Assembly (NCBI GenBank): GCA_964019425.1
Contig: OZ025791.1
Location: forward strand, 496,001 to 560,000
Length of the DNA stretch: 64,000 nt
Reading direction: 5' to 3'
DNA from: Flectonema sp. DT1601
Taxonomy: Eukaryota
The notes under the pieces were generated by a model. That model worked only from the letters and a program-made list of their open reading frames with translations. It was not told where the DNA came from and did not search any database. Within the stretch, counting starts at the first letter, position 1. Every line of letters begins with the position of its first letter. A program made the translations under genes and the position numbers. This document shows positions 45,669-57,693 of the stretch, piece by piece.

Positions 45669-46943
45669 GGTGGGTCACCCCACCGTGTAACCTGGTACTT
45701 CACCCCCACCCACTGAAAAATGATAAGTATTTAAGTTATTCACAATACTATAATATAACAATTCTTCTTTTTTTTTTTTTTAAAATCCTGCGTGCACGAT
45801 AATATCACAATCACAAGTTACTGCGATATTAGACCAGGAGTAAACCGCTCAACTAGCAAGGCAAGGAAAATTCTGAAAAAAAAAACTACCACATTGTATA
45901 ACAACGGGATAGGAATATCCCGTAAGTATGAAAACGTACGACATATGTAAAAAAAATAACGACATCGGCTTGATGCATTCCTCCTCCAGTTAAGTGGTGG
46001 TAAAAGAAATAGAGTTAAGAAAAAAACGGAGAACCTCAGTTCTTCAGGGCAAGTAGAAATCACACAAATACTTATTTTATATTTTTCTTTTTTTTTAAAT
46101 TGACCCTTGAATGGGTAAAAATTAAAAAAAAAAATAAGGAAAAAAACACAATTGACATCATACAGCTGTTGTACATCTCTTGTGGAATGCGATTATCTCA
46201 CAAGGGAGATTAACGAGAGAGAAAAGGAGGGAAAATAAAGAAATTAGTAACAAGTTCAACAAAATTGAAGGAGCTTTTTCCCCCTGGCAATTGCTACCAT
46301 GAAAAGGTACTTACCGAAAAGCAAAACCAAATATATATAAATTGATAACAATGATGAGATTAGGATTTTTGTTTGTGCACGAAATCCGTGAACCGACTTA
46401 AACTAATAAAGCTAAAGGAGGTTTACGTGTGCTGTTAACATTTTTTTTAGCTCTTACGAAACTTGTTGAAAAAAGAAGAAAAGAAAACTTAAAGAAAACC
46501 AGCGTTTAAAAAAAAGCAACAAATCCAGGGATACCACAAGTAGAGTTGCTACAAATTTATAAATATAATTTCTTTAATTGAAAAAGACCACGTTTGTTTA
46601 AAAAAATAAAAACAGCCCCCCCCCAACACAAGCAAGACGAACACCAAGAATAGAACAAAAGAGAGTAATGACCTCTCTAAAGAATATTCTGTACTAAATA
46701 ATCCAGAGTAATCCCCAACGAGGATGCAAGAACTTGATCAAATGTCTAAAGAGAGAGAGCGACTAACAAGGTAAATCAGAATAGTTCTTACTCGGATAAT
46801 ATACTACACACTAAACGAACAGGTACAAACACCTAATTCGGAATACGCACAATAAAATAATAACAAAACAAATAGTGTATCGATACAAGCTCAACTCAAT
46901 ACAGTAACTTAATCTGATGTTAGCCAGTCTTTAATAATCTTTA

Positions 46944-48441
46944 TTAAGTACAAAGGACTTCACAATCAGGTCCATTCAAATAGCCAGGTTGTGCTAATAA
47001 TCCTCCGCTGTTGTCACTGTCGTTGGTTCCGTTATTCATTTCATTAGTTCCGTTGTTTATTTTACATTTCTTCATCTTTCCCATAACCCACTTTGACGGA
47101 GGAACATAAGAATCTTGAATCTGGTTTGGGTTTACGATACCAACTACCGGAGGTTCCGCTCTCCAGTTTGGTGTTTCAAGGTAATCGCTGATAATTGAGT
47201 TGAATAGTCGACGAGTACGAGCCATTTCATAATCTACTTTTACAGTGTCAAGTGATTTCGTATCGAAAGGATTTTCCAACGATGTTTGAACCAATAATAG
47301 TGCACACATAAAAACAGATATCAGACCCGCAAATATACAAGCAAAGTATACATTTTTCTCTCCATCATCTCCCTTACTAAAGTGTAAGAAGTAAGGTCCA
47401 TAAAACATTGGTAACGTGTGTACCATTACTCTTGAGAATGAACGCATTGCTTGGGGTGTGCGGTATTCTTTTAAAGTTCTTATAGTTTCCCATTCTCTTG
47501 TTAAGAAGTAAAGATATTGACTAATTCGTGATGCTTCATTTGGTGGTAGTCCGTAGCTTTTTAATGTCTCAGTGGCTGAGTGAAGACGAGAAATAATTTT
47601 AGTTACTTTGTCTGCTCCAACTTCTTCAGCCCAACCAACCCAGGCATCTTCTCGTCTACCGAAGGCTGTGTAGACGTGGCGGGCACGACCTCGACGTGGC
47701 ACTAATAAGTAAGTTCTGATCGCATCGATTAACGAATCGAGTACTCTGTGGACCTGTTGAACGTGATCTCTCTCAAGCTCATGAGGTGTTGCTGATGAGT
47801 TGTTGAAGTCTTTCGCAGTAGTTGGACTTGTTCGACCATCGTATGCCTTCTTTGCGCCAACCCAGTTCCACCTACAGTGAGCCATCAACATGTTTGTTGT
47901 AACAGCTCTTACCGAAGCAAGAGACTCCAGTGCGCTATCTCTTCTAACGAATGCCTGAGTGATTGACATCGTCAGTGGGAATACCACTGCAAATGATACC
48001 AAAGTCCAGGACATGTCTGCAGCCAAATGACCGCCATAAGCATCATAAATAAGAACACTTGTTACAGATGTGGTTGCTGCTAACAATGTTTCGGGAGTGA
48101 AGACGTATTTTGCCATCACCTGTTGATTTTTTATTATATTTATTTGATTGAGAAAATAAAGTTGTGGAATGCTTTTTTTTGTTGTATAAAAATAGTAAAA
48201 TTCAACGTACCGCAAAAGCCGCCCACAAATCCAAACACAAGTCGAATATCGAATAATAAAATTTCGCCAACCATCCTTCCGACCAGTCATCATTATCAGC
48301 AGTGGTTTCATTGCAGCAACACCCTCGAGTTTCTCTTATTACTTTGTTTGCTAAAGCACCTCTCCCATGTTTATATTGTCGAGGATGAAATCTACAACAA
48401 AACATTCCTGAACACCCCTCAGGGTTTTCGTCTTGTAACAT
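46944..48441 (-). CDS. Bestrophin/UPF0187-like membrane channel; 2 exons
   Basis: Exon 48211-48441 (MLQDENP...WAAFA) joins VMAKYVF via intron 48120-48210 (GTACG...CAACAG). TM segments, AFVRRDSAL, EYRTPQAMR and LENPFD motif. Confidence 0.7.
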
Positions 48442-49244
48442 ATAGAAGCAAGACCCTGATTGTAGTAAATAAAAAGAAGTAAATTATAACAACCACATGC
48501 CACACGAGAACTGTTTTCATGTCCGCCGTCTTTCAGTACTTCTCATATTTGATATGTCTGGTGAGATGTTGTAATTTTGTTATTTTCACATGACTGGTGT
48601 CTTCTTAGTAAAAAAAAAAAAAAAAAAAAAGCGAAAAAGAAAAAAAGAAAAAAAAAGGAACCGTCCGGTTTCATCGAGGCGTTCAGATGGAAGGCATCAC
48701 GATGTCTTAATTGACTTCAGAAAGCGGAAAAAAAAAAAAAAAAAAAAACTGTTATGTGCGATATATATCTGACCAACCCTTTTGTAAGAGGGTTTCTTTT
48801 TTTTTTTTTTTTTTTTTCTTTTGGTTTATTTTTATTCTTTCAAAACTCAGAATAGGAGAAATAGCCGTACCCCAAATCCTGCTTTGAATGCAAAGAAGCG
48901 GTTTTGACGTAAACAGATAGAAATGACGTAACCGAAAAGAAAGGTTGTAGTGTCGGGATTTTAAAAAAAAAAAAAAAAGAATGGAAGTAAATAAAAGAAC
49001 AGAAAGAATTGTACAGAAATAATATTATATAGACCGTTTTTTTTTTTTTTTTTTTTTAATTCCTTGATAGGGTACTTCTTTAAACTTTTTACTGAAGCCT
49101 TCCTTATCCATCAAGTGGTGTAAAAACTTTATCTCAAAAAAGGCATATCACAAAAATAAAGGGTTTATAGTGATTTGCACTAGAGTAAAAAAAAAATAAA
49201 AATAAAAAATAAAAAACAAAAAAAGGATGGGGGAAATAACAATA

Positions 49245-51407
49245 TCACGGTTCAGCCAGTTCTCCCAAAACTTTGTCTATCTCCTTATTTGGTAGGCAAA
49301 TACTTCGGCTGTGTTCAGCTATAGTTGGTTGCAATAACAAAGAGAACACATGTGACTGTGATAAAATTGAATCCGGAGGCGCATATCCAATAAAAACTAC
49401 TAATTGTTGTTTTTCTAATGAATTAAACAAATGGTTTAAAGTGTTCTCTGAAAGGGGTCTTGGATACACTTCAAGGGTAGAAGTAGTGGGTGTAATATCA
49501 ACTGTATAACCCACATCATGAGTTATCGACATCATTCCCGCTAATTGCAAATAACATTCCTGTGCTTGAGATTCACCAAAAAATATATCACAGTCTTTCC
49601 AAGACCAGCTAATTATATTTTCTTTCAACGAATTAACCTGAGACCCAGGAGTCAGTGTTTCGTAATGAGTGAGTACATTTTTAATTCTAGCATACCACTC
49701 TTTCGACATAGACGCTGAGATAATTCTTTCCCAATAATCACTTTCTTTTGTGATCGGTTTCCAAAAGCATCCATACTCAGATAGGATGTGAACATCTTTA
49801 ACTGAAATCTCATGTTTTTTTAATATTTCTACAATGCAACTGCCAGAGAGAGAGTCAAATATCACGATATTGAAACCTCCGTCTTGCATCTTTTTAATAC
49901 TTTCACGTGTAACAGCTCCACTAGTTAGGGATATTGTTGTAAGTATTAATAATCTTGGTTGGTTTTTATTTTTTAGAGTTTTTGATAGTTGTATTGCTTG
50001 GCTTACAAGTGATTGTCTTTGAAGTGATTGAGAAGAGTCTTCGCTAGCTATCAAATCAGACACAAATGATTTACCCCACGGAGCTGCTCCGTGACTTCTG
50101 ACGTATTCATATAAAGATCTATGACGGTCTGATCGTTCTTCAGCACCCATTGATAAAGCGAATTTAATCTTATGAGTGACACTGTTTATATCCCATGGGT
50201 TTATTCGAACAGCATTTGCAAGGCATCTCGCTGCTCCTGCGAATTCTGATAGTATCAAAACTCCCTTGTTGGCTTCTTGACATGCCACAAACTCCTGACA
50301 CACGACATTCATTCCATCTCTAAGAGAGGTAACGAGAAACACATCGGCTATGCTGTACAGTGCAACCAAATCGGAAAATGGAACAGTGTCGTATTTGTAA
50401 TGGACTGCCGTATGTTCAAGTGATGAATACTTTGCGTTTATCCTTCCGACCAGTGCCTCAACTTCTTTACGAAGTTCTTGGTAGTGTTGAACAGAGTCAC
50501 GTGATGGTACAGCAATCTGTACGAGGGTTACATTCCCAACTAGTGTGGGGTCGTCTTCAAGTAGTTTTTCAAATGCCAATAATTTCTGAGGCAGTCCTTT
50601 TATATAATCCATTCTATCAACTCCGAGTAATAATTTAGTACCTGCGAATCTCCTCCTCAGCTCTTGGATCTTGTTCTCTACATCTTTACTGCTGAGAGCC
50701 GATTGGAGTCTAGTGAGGTTTAGACCAACGGGGTAGACTCCAACTTTTACTTTTCGATCATCAAGCGGGATTTGATAAGCCTTTGTATCAATATTTAGTA
50801 CTCGTATTACAGTATTTGTGAAGTGTTGGCAATAATCATATGTGTGAAATCCAATAACGTTTGACCCAAGCACCCCTCGAAGGAGCTGTTTTCTCCAAGG
50901 GAGCTTTCTGTATACGTCAGATGAAGGAAAAGGAATATGAAGAAAAAATCCAATTTTTCCAGTTATCCCAGCCTCTCGTAACATATTAGGTAATAAGAAT
51001 AAGTGATAATCATGAACCCATATTATATCTCCTTCTTCGTATACTTTGACGATTTCATCACAGAAAAGTTGATTAACTTGTTGGTAAGCATCGAATGATT
51101 CTGGAGGGAAGTCAGTTATTTCTTTGTAATGGAATACAGGCCACAGAATCGCATTACTGAAGACATTATAGTGTAAGTCGTATAAATCTTTATCAACAGG
51201 GACCGAATGGTAATCTTCTGACGTGAGAGATAATTCACCTTTTCCTGTCTCACCAGTTCCTGAGTAGCCCATCCAAATCATTTTCATTTCACTGAGTCCA
51301 ATCGCTACCTCTTTCAATGCCGGTACTAATCCCCCTGATGAAGATATTACAGCTCCGTCTACAACCATCACGGGTAGTTTATTTACGATTACTAATAGCC
51401 TACCCAT
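49245..51407 (-). CDS. Trehalose-6-phosphate synthase (GT20) with degenerate C-terminal phosphatase domain
   Basis: SSGGLV, FSNAILWPVFHY, IWVHDYHL, GFFLHIPFPSS, LGVDRMDYIKG, TSLRDGMNVV, LILSEFAGAA, INPWD. Confidence 0.93.
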   Translation of the reverse strand: MGRLLVIVNKLPVMVVDGAVISSSGGLVPALKEVAIGLSEMKMIWMGYSGTGETGKGELSLTSEDYHSVPVDKDLYDLHYNVFSNAILWPVFHYKEITDFPPESFDAYQQVNQLFCDEIVKVYEEGDIIWVHDYHLFLLPNMLREAGITGKIGFFLHIPFPSSDVYRKLPWRKQLLRGVLGSNVIGFHTYDYCQHFTNTVIRVLNIDTKAYQIPLDDRKVKVGVYPVGLNLTRLQSALSSKDVENKIQELRRRFAGTKLLLGVDRMDYIKGLPQKLLAFEKLLEDDPTLVGNVTLVQIAVPSRDSVQHYQELRKEVEALVGRINAKYSSLEHTAVHYKYDTVPFSDLVALYSIADVFLVTSLRDGMNVVCQEFVACQEANKGVLILSEFAGAARCLANAVRINPWDINSVTHKIKFALSMGAEERSDRHRSLYEYVRSHGAAPWGKSFVSDLIASEDSSQSLQRQSLVSQAIQLSKTLKNKNQPRLLILTTISLTSGAVTRESIKKMQDGGFNIVIFDSLSGSCIVEILKKHEISVKDVHILSEYGCFWKPITKESDYWERIISASMSKEWYARIKNVLTHYETLTPGSQVNSLKENIISWSWKDCDIFFGESQAQECYLQLAGMMSITHDVGYTVDITPTTSTLEVYPRPLSENTLNHLFNSLEKQQLVVFIGYAPPDSILSQSHVFSLLLQPTIAEHSRSICLPNKEIDKVLGELAEP

Positions 51408-52094
51408 GTTGTTGTTTGTTTAATTCTGTTAGAGTTTTTGGAATAGAATTAAAATAGATAACCCTCTCTGGATGAAGTAGTAATAAACGAGTGTACCAAA
51501 CACCCCTTGGTCTGCTATTTTTATGAATATTTTAAATTCGTTCATGAAAAAAAAAAACATATAAGCTGTTGTGCGTGTTTTTTTTTCTGAATATTATTTA
51601 TTGCTTTTGCACAAAAAGAGAAATGGGGGGGGAAAAAAAAACCAGAATAATAAAATCGAAAACGTAAAAAGAATTCAAATGGGATACAAGATCTCTACTT
51701 TGTTACTGGCTATGTAGGAATGTGACACGTCTATGTAACCATCTATGGTATAACGTCATGGAATATGAGGGGGACAGTCAGACGGTCACATCACATCCGA
51801 AACCCAAGTCAACAACTGAACTCACCAACTTATCAAAATAACTCTACCGTGAGGGAGCAGGCAAGGGGGGGAAAACGGGGTGGAAACGGAAAAAAAAAAA
51901 AAAAAAAAGAAGAAAAAAAAAATGAATGACCGAAAAAATACTACACCATAGCTCCCCCTAAACGACACAAAAGAAAAAAAAAAAGTTCGGTTTTTCCCCA
52001 TCTCCAGAGGAAGTTTATCTACTTCGGAATACTGAAGTCAGTTCCTCAATATCATTCTTGTGTGTGTGTACCTTCATAGTAATGTTGTACTTTA

Positions 52095-53329
52095 CTATCC
52101 ATTAAGATTTGGAGGGAATCGAGAGAGTTTCATAATTCCTTGAGACGCTCCTGGTCTTGCAGGAGACGACTTAGTTGAGCGGGATGGTGAAGCCGGTTGG
52201 TTGATCGCATTCTCGTTTGCGTTTCGTAGAATTCTCGTCTCTATTTCTGGATCCTCATCTTCGAAGTTAAGAGCCTGACAAGGTTTTCCTCTCCGAGTTA
52301 TTAAGAATCCATCGAGGTCTCCTAAATTAACTTCTTCAAGTTCCTCTCTTTCTTTCTTAGTGTGTCCTAACATATCCGCCAGTTGTAATGCAATCGCGTT
52401 GATATAAGGAGTCTGACCAACAATTAAGACGATGTCATCTTCTAAGTCTCCAGCTAATCTTTGGTGAAGAGCATTTCTATTTTCATTGTCTAAGCTGTGG
52501 TTTAAACCATATATATTTGGTTTGGTGTAGTTTTTTACCATAGTTCTCATGGTAACGTTCGTACCAGTTGGTTGTTCGTAGAGAACATTTAAATCACATT
52601 CGTGAGTTCCAATATTCTGAATAGCGTCTTCAATAATCTCGTACTGCTTTGGTACTTTAGCTTTGAGTCTTCCATCTTTTTCATCACGAAAACCGTTTTG
52701 GGACAACCCTCTCAATGGGTTTACAACCTTTGCGCATTTCTGTGCTTTTCTACGTTGCTGTCCAATCTGTTTTTTTTTCCTTTTTTTTTTTTTTTCCCGC
52801 ATTTCTGAATGTGTCAACCAGTAACAAAGCATACCATCAGAAGCTCATGGGCTGTCTGCATGCATCTTGTTGCAGGGGATGCGTAGGCAACAACTACTCT
52901 TCGTAGGTGTCGATCATAAATACCATCACGCGCAGTCTCTATTTGTGCCAAACCTCTGCTTGTAATATCTGCTTCGATACATTGCTCTCTGTAGTCGTTT
53001 AACTGTTCGCTTCGGTCCTGTTGGTTTTATTGTTTAAATTGATAGTCAGTTGTTGCTTAAGTTAAAAGATGAATACATACGACGCCGTCTTCATGTTTGG
53101 GATAGTCGACGTCTACATTAGCAGTGTTTGCGCAGTTTAGACACAAATAAGCAACGTGTTTGATATCACTCGACTCCCCCCCTGCCCCCGGCAGTACCAT
53201 TTGCTCGAATTTCTCTTCTCTTCTTCTCGGTGGTGGAGGAGCTCTTATCCGTTGCATACACATGTATAATGCCACAATTAATATGAAGGCAGTGAAGCAA
53301 AACACAATGACCATGGGAACCTCCGCCAT
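52095..53329 (-). CDS. Membrane-anchored histidine-phosphatase (PGM/SixA)-fold protein, probably catalytically degenerate; 3 exons
   Basis: Exons 53081-53329, 52835-53017 and 52095-52766 join in frame via GTATG...ACAG introns. ITSRGLAQIETA, AYASPATRCMQTA and VLIVGQTPYI resemble the fold, but RHG is absent. N-terminal TM helix. Confidence 0.6.
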
Positions 53330-53779
53330 TTTCGAAAATGTGTGGCCCCCCTACCCCTAACAGCCTGAGTAAAAATAACAAAAATAAGTTGCCTTTCTCA
53401 ATACAGATGATTGCTTCTGACTTCTATCGCTGCTGGCATTCTATAACAAAAGATATTAAACAGCCACTGAGTCATATCGTTATAAACACAAATGGTAATG
53501 CAAATATTTGTTGCCTTTTCTACACACATCATTAGCAACGACACACATGTTGTATATTGTTCACAATGTGGTTAATAAGACAACAATCTCCTTGGTAATA
53601 GTTTGAGGATAGCAGCACACTACCATATGTGGAATATAACGAGGTGTGTGTTGTGTGCACTAATTTAAAAAAGAAATATCCCGAAGATACAAATCTGCAA
53701 AATATGAAAGAAAAAAAAAACTAATTGCTAAGTGCGGTCTACCAGCAATAATAGTTAAAACAAGCCATGTGTGAGAATA

Positions 53780-54424
53780 CTACCTACCAACTAATGACAA
53801 GGGCACAACAGATAGAAATTTACTAATTCTGGACTGGTTCTGAAGTATTCGATAAAGTAGTCGAATCACAAGTACCCAAATAAGGAATCTGACGGCACTC
53901 CAGACGCTGCTGCTACGACGACGTGGTCTGGACTGAAGTCGAATGGATCCACGTGATACCTGAACAGAGTAATGTGTTAACCCACGTTGAGACAGACATT
54001 TATCAATTTGATATCTAACTGGTTCATAACCTGAATATGAGAAACCATTAGAGAATGGAACCATTTCAATAATATCAAGTGATGCTTCATCAGCTCTCAT
54101 CCGAAGTCTGTAAGTCAGAACTGACATCATCCGACGAGCCTCATGTATGATTGCTGTGCTTCTCATTTCTTCTAATGCTGAGTCAAGTCCAATGACTTCC
54201 TCTGCCCAATACAAGTCAGGTGCACTTGCTGTTATCACTTCCTTTTTAACTCTCGGATGTTGATATTTCTCAGAATACTCACTCTCCCAGTTACTCGATT
54301 TCTCTTTAACCTCATTCTCTCTCAGCATTTCTGTTGCCCAATTATCTTCATCTTTGCCGCTAGTCCAATTCGGTGGAATCAAATGGCTGTTGTCATCTAC
54401 ATCATTATCACTAATGCAGGCCAT
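53780..54424 (-). CDS. Hypothetical 214-aa protein with C-terminal hydrophobic segment
   Basis: Intact ORF on the coding strand; no recognisable domain. Confidence 0.6.
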   Translation of the reverse strand: MACISDNDVDDNSHLIPPNWTSGKDEDNWATEMLRENEVKEKSSNWESEYSEKYQHPRVKKEVITASAPDLYWAEEVIGLDSALEEMRSTAIIHEARRMMSVLTYRLRMRADEASLDIIEMVPFSNGFSYSGYEPVRYQIDKCLSQRGLTHYSVQVSRGSIRLQSRPRRRSSSVWSAVRFLIWVLVIRLLYRILQNQSRISKFLSVVPLSLVGR

Positions 54425-54712
54425 GTTGTCATTGTCTACTGTGAATAGTTGTTAGTGTCGCACTCTATTTAGGGTCTTGGTGGATTAATACAGTTGTTGC
54501 AAAGCCTCTAAATCTACCGGTTTAGAGTTACGATACAGTGACGTGTACCACAAACCTGTCTCGCATAAAGAAGATATCCTTTTAGTCGCTGTGACGGATT
54601 CGTTCTAGGCAGTAGTTATCAGACTCGTCTGAGCTACACACATGCCAATGTACACGATGGTGAAAACTGTCTCACTGGGTCATTTAATTGTTCCATCAGA
54701 AAACACGAGTTG

Positions 54713-55650
54713 CTACTGAACGCCTGGTCTATGAATTGCTGAACAAACCAATCTCCCGCTGGCATGTCCGACGTCCTCGGCGTCAATTAATACTGTCTCG
54801 CCTGGTATTGTTTAGTTTGATTGATTGGTAACAACTGCTAAAGTGAAGCTATGATAAGAAAGGAAAGCATACCCACCACTAATTCAGAACCATACAAGAG
54901 TGATTTCCTTACGAAGACGTCTGGAGTTCCATCTCCCATCTTCACAAACCCAAACCCTTTTTCAGAACTCCAGGAACCCACAACACCCTCACGGTTTTTG
55001 AATGCGGTTACAGCTTCCTTCTTTAGTTGTTTTATAGGTGCTGGGTATGAATCTCGAGGTCGCTTTTCAAAACCCCTTTGACCTGGTTGAACAGCATAAG
55101 GGAAATAAGACTGGGTAGCATAATTATGAGGAGAGTAGATATTAACAGGATTACTATAAGCTGTTGTAGCATTATACTTTGATTGATTGAATGCTATTGT
55201 TGCTGTCGAAGGAAGAGAAGCTTGTGGTTGTATAAGTTGCGGAGGTGATGTCATGTGCAGATGCTGAGAGGGAGCAAAGAGCTCGCTTTCTTCGACGAGA
55301 CGTTCACCGCCTTCTTCTAGTGCAACAAACCATGCTAACAGACCACCTCCTTCATATCTCTCAATTACAACACCTGGTCCGTTTGGTGTATCAACTCTCT
55401 GACCTTTCATGTCTGCAGTGATTTCCTCATCATCCGAATCTGGATCCCCATCTCCATCATTTGAAGGCTGTGGGAAGTATCCAATACGAATTGATGGGCT
55501 CGGTAGTGATGGGCTGCTCTCTCTATTTGATATACTCACAGTTGATGTTATTCCTGGTACTACATAAGTACTCCCACTAGGAACCTGACCGATAACTGAC
55601 TTACAGCATCCAGGTGATCCTAATCCTTCACCGCAATCTCCGCAAAACAT
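54713..55650 (-). CDS. Cold-shock-domain protein; 2 exons
   Basis: GVVGSWSSEKGFGFV...PDVFVRKS (RNP1/RNP2-like). Intron 54802-54872 (GTATG...ACCAG) completes ELVVG|ETVLIDAEDVGHASGRLVCSAIHRPGVQ*. Confidence 0.75.
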
Positions 55651-55720
55651 CCCCCTCCTCCTACCTGGTGTAAAATAGTACTTTAAAACATATCACAGTA
55701 TTCTAATAAGAAGCGAAAGT

Positions 55721-56004
55721 TTAGTTTAGTTTAGTTAGCAAAATACAAACTGATGACTACGAGGGGTCTGGGTAGCCCGCATCAGTAAGGACCCAATCGC
55801 GAAGATTGTAGTTTCATAGTATTGGCTGGAAGTGATCGACTTCCAGCCTCCACCTTGCCCAGAGGCTAACAGGTTGTAAACAACTAAAGAAAATAAAAGA
55901 GAAACGATCTGGGAGTGGGGGGAAGGTGAAAAAAAATAAAAAATCTTCCTTCTTTCATATACATCTTTCTTTATAATACGACCACATGTGCCATATGCCC
56001 ACAC
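55721..56004 (-). mobile_element. SINE/LINE-3'-end-like dispersed repeat, copy 2
   Basis: Colinear with 23884-24157; starts at ttagtttagtttagttag. Confidence 0.55.
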
Positions 56005-56197
56005 TCCACGAAAGAAAACAGAAAACCCCGGAACAGTACCGAGGATCGTTCACCCGCAGTTGTCCAAAGCATTATAAGTGTACTGTGGGCTTACCGAAAA
56101 GCTTTAGAAATGTACCACAAAAGATTTGGGCAGAAAGGATAGTGCTAAAGTAGTCACTTGAAATAATAATTATTGTAATTAGGGAGAGAGACAACAG

Positions 56198-56265
56198 CTA
56201 GTTAGAATAAGTTAGCAAGTCCAGAACTGATGACTGCGGGGGTTTTGTAACCCGCACCGCAATCA
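56198..56265 (-). mobile_element. SINE/LINE-3'-end-like repeat, short copy 3
   Basis: gttagcaagtccagaactgatgactgcgggggttttgtaacccgcacc matches the terminal ~50 bp of the other two copies. Confidence 0.5.
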
Positions 56266-56649
56266 TGGGGATTGTGTTCTTGTAACTTCGGCCGAAAGGA
56301 TTGACCAACAGATGTCCACCAAGATGTTGAAAACAGTCCAAAACATTATAATTGTACCGAAAAGCTTTAGAAAAGTACCACAAATATTGGGCAGCACATA
56401 GCCACATCACTCAGCAAGAAATGAAAACAAAAGGATCAGGTAAGATGACAGTCAGTTTAAAGTCATAACTGCGTCGGACTTGAAGAGATTTCAATTAAAA
56501 AGTTGAAAATAAAAAAGAAATGATGTGGGGTTATCACAAATAAATAATCAAATCAATCGACAAATCGTAAGGAAATCAAACAAATAATAGTATGGTTTCA
56601 GAGTTAAAATTGAAAAAAAAAAAAAAAACTTTTTTCGGACTATTGGTTT

Positions 56650-56996
56650 GAGGCATCTGTAGTGAGCTTGACAATGGCAGAGCTTAGTCACCCGGTACCA
56701 CAAGCGCAACAACTCTCCCTCGCATTCATTGTGTCGTTCTGTGGCCATGGACCATAGTCACCGTACCCAGTACAGAGTCCGTATTTAGCATAGATGTAGC
56801 AGTTGAAGAATGTACCGTCAGCGTCATGCCAAACTCTCTTTCTACCGTTTTCGAGGAAAGCCTTTGTCAGTGCACCAACTTATATACGCGTGGTTTTCAC
56901 TTTTCGGTTCAATTACTCTCCTATTTGTTAGAATTCTGCCATCGGGATTGCTGAAGACAATACGACAACTGAAGCGAGAGTGATCATACGAGACAT
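56650..56996 (-). pseudogene. Degenerate third copy of the Cys-domain/QMPS-repeat secreted protein gene
   Basis: Identical start MSRMITLASVVVLSSAIPMAEF followed by in-frame TAA and frameshifts. It retains RVWHDADGTFFNCYIYAKYGLCTGYGDYGPWPQ...RESCCACG; the repeat region is reduced to a remnant. Confidence 0.8.
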
Positions 56997-57693
56997 GTTG
57001 ATGGGTTGGTAACTGTACAATAATTATATTGCCGACTAATACAACTAATAAGAATACACTAATATCCAAACGAAGATGTGGTAGTAATATACATCAAACA
57101 AGAATTGAGCATGAGAACGCATAAAAGCAAGTAGATCGTCTTACTGAACCACTACAAGCGTACGTATAGACTACCAACCTCCGAAGAATCATTAAGTGCG
57201 GGTTAAATGAGGGATAGAAATGTTCTTTTAATAAAGTAGGTAAGGTTTATGTCAATTGTTCTGTAAAGTGGAGGAGAAATTCTTGCCCTCATTGAGAAGA
57301 TAATTTTCCATTCCAACTTTTCCCTTTGTGAATTCTAAGTGTCACAAAAGAAGACATTTTCCTTATGAGGTCTTCACGGTTCTATTCGAGATTCCAAACA
57401 TAAAAGTATAATATTCATCAAAAGCTTTGTGCTGCGGAATGGTAAAAAAGAGAGGGGAGAAAAATCATTAGGGGCACAATATTTAAAAACTCTGTTGAGA
57501 TCCCTGATAATGAAAGGAGCATGAAGCAGTCACAGAAAAGGCGTGTAACTTTTACTTGGATCCCAACATCTTACATCAAGGACGCGACGAGTTTGAAAAC
57601 AAACGAGAGGGTGTTGGAGATAATTACTGTTCAAATTGAAAAGGCCAGTAGTTAATAAAAGTTTACAGTTTATTTAAAACATTACATTTTAAA

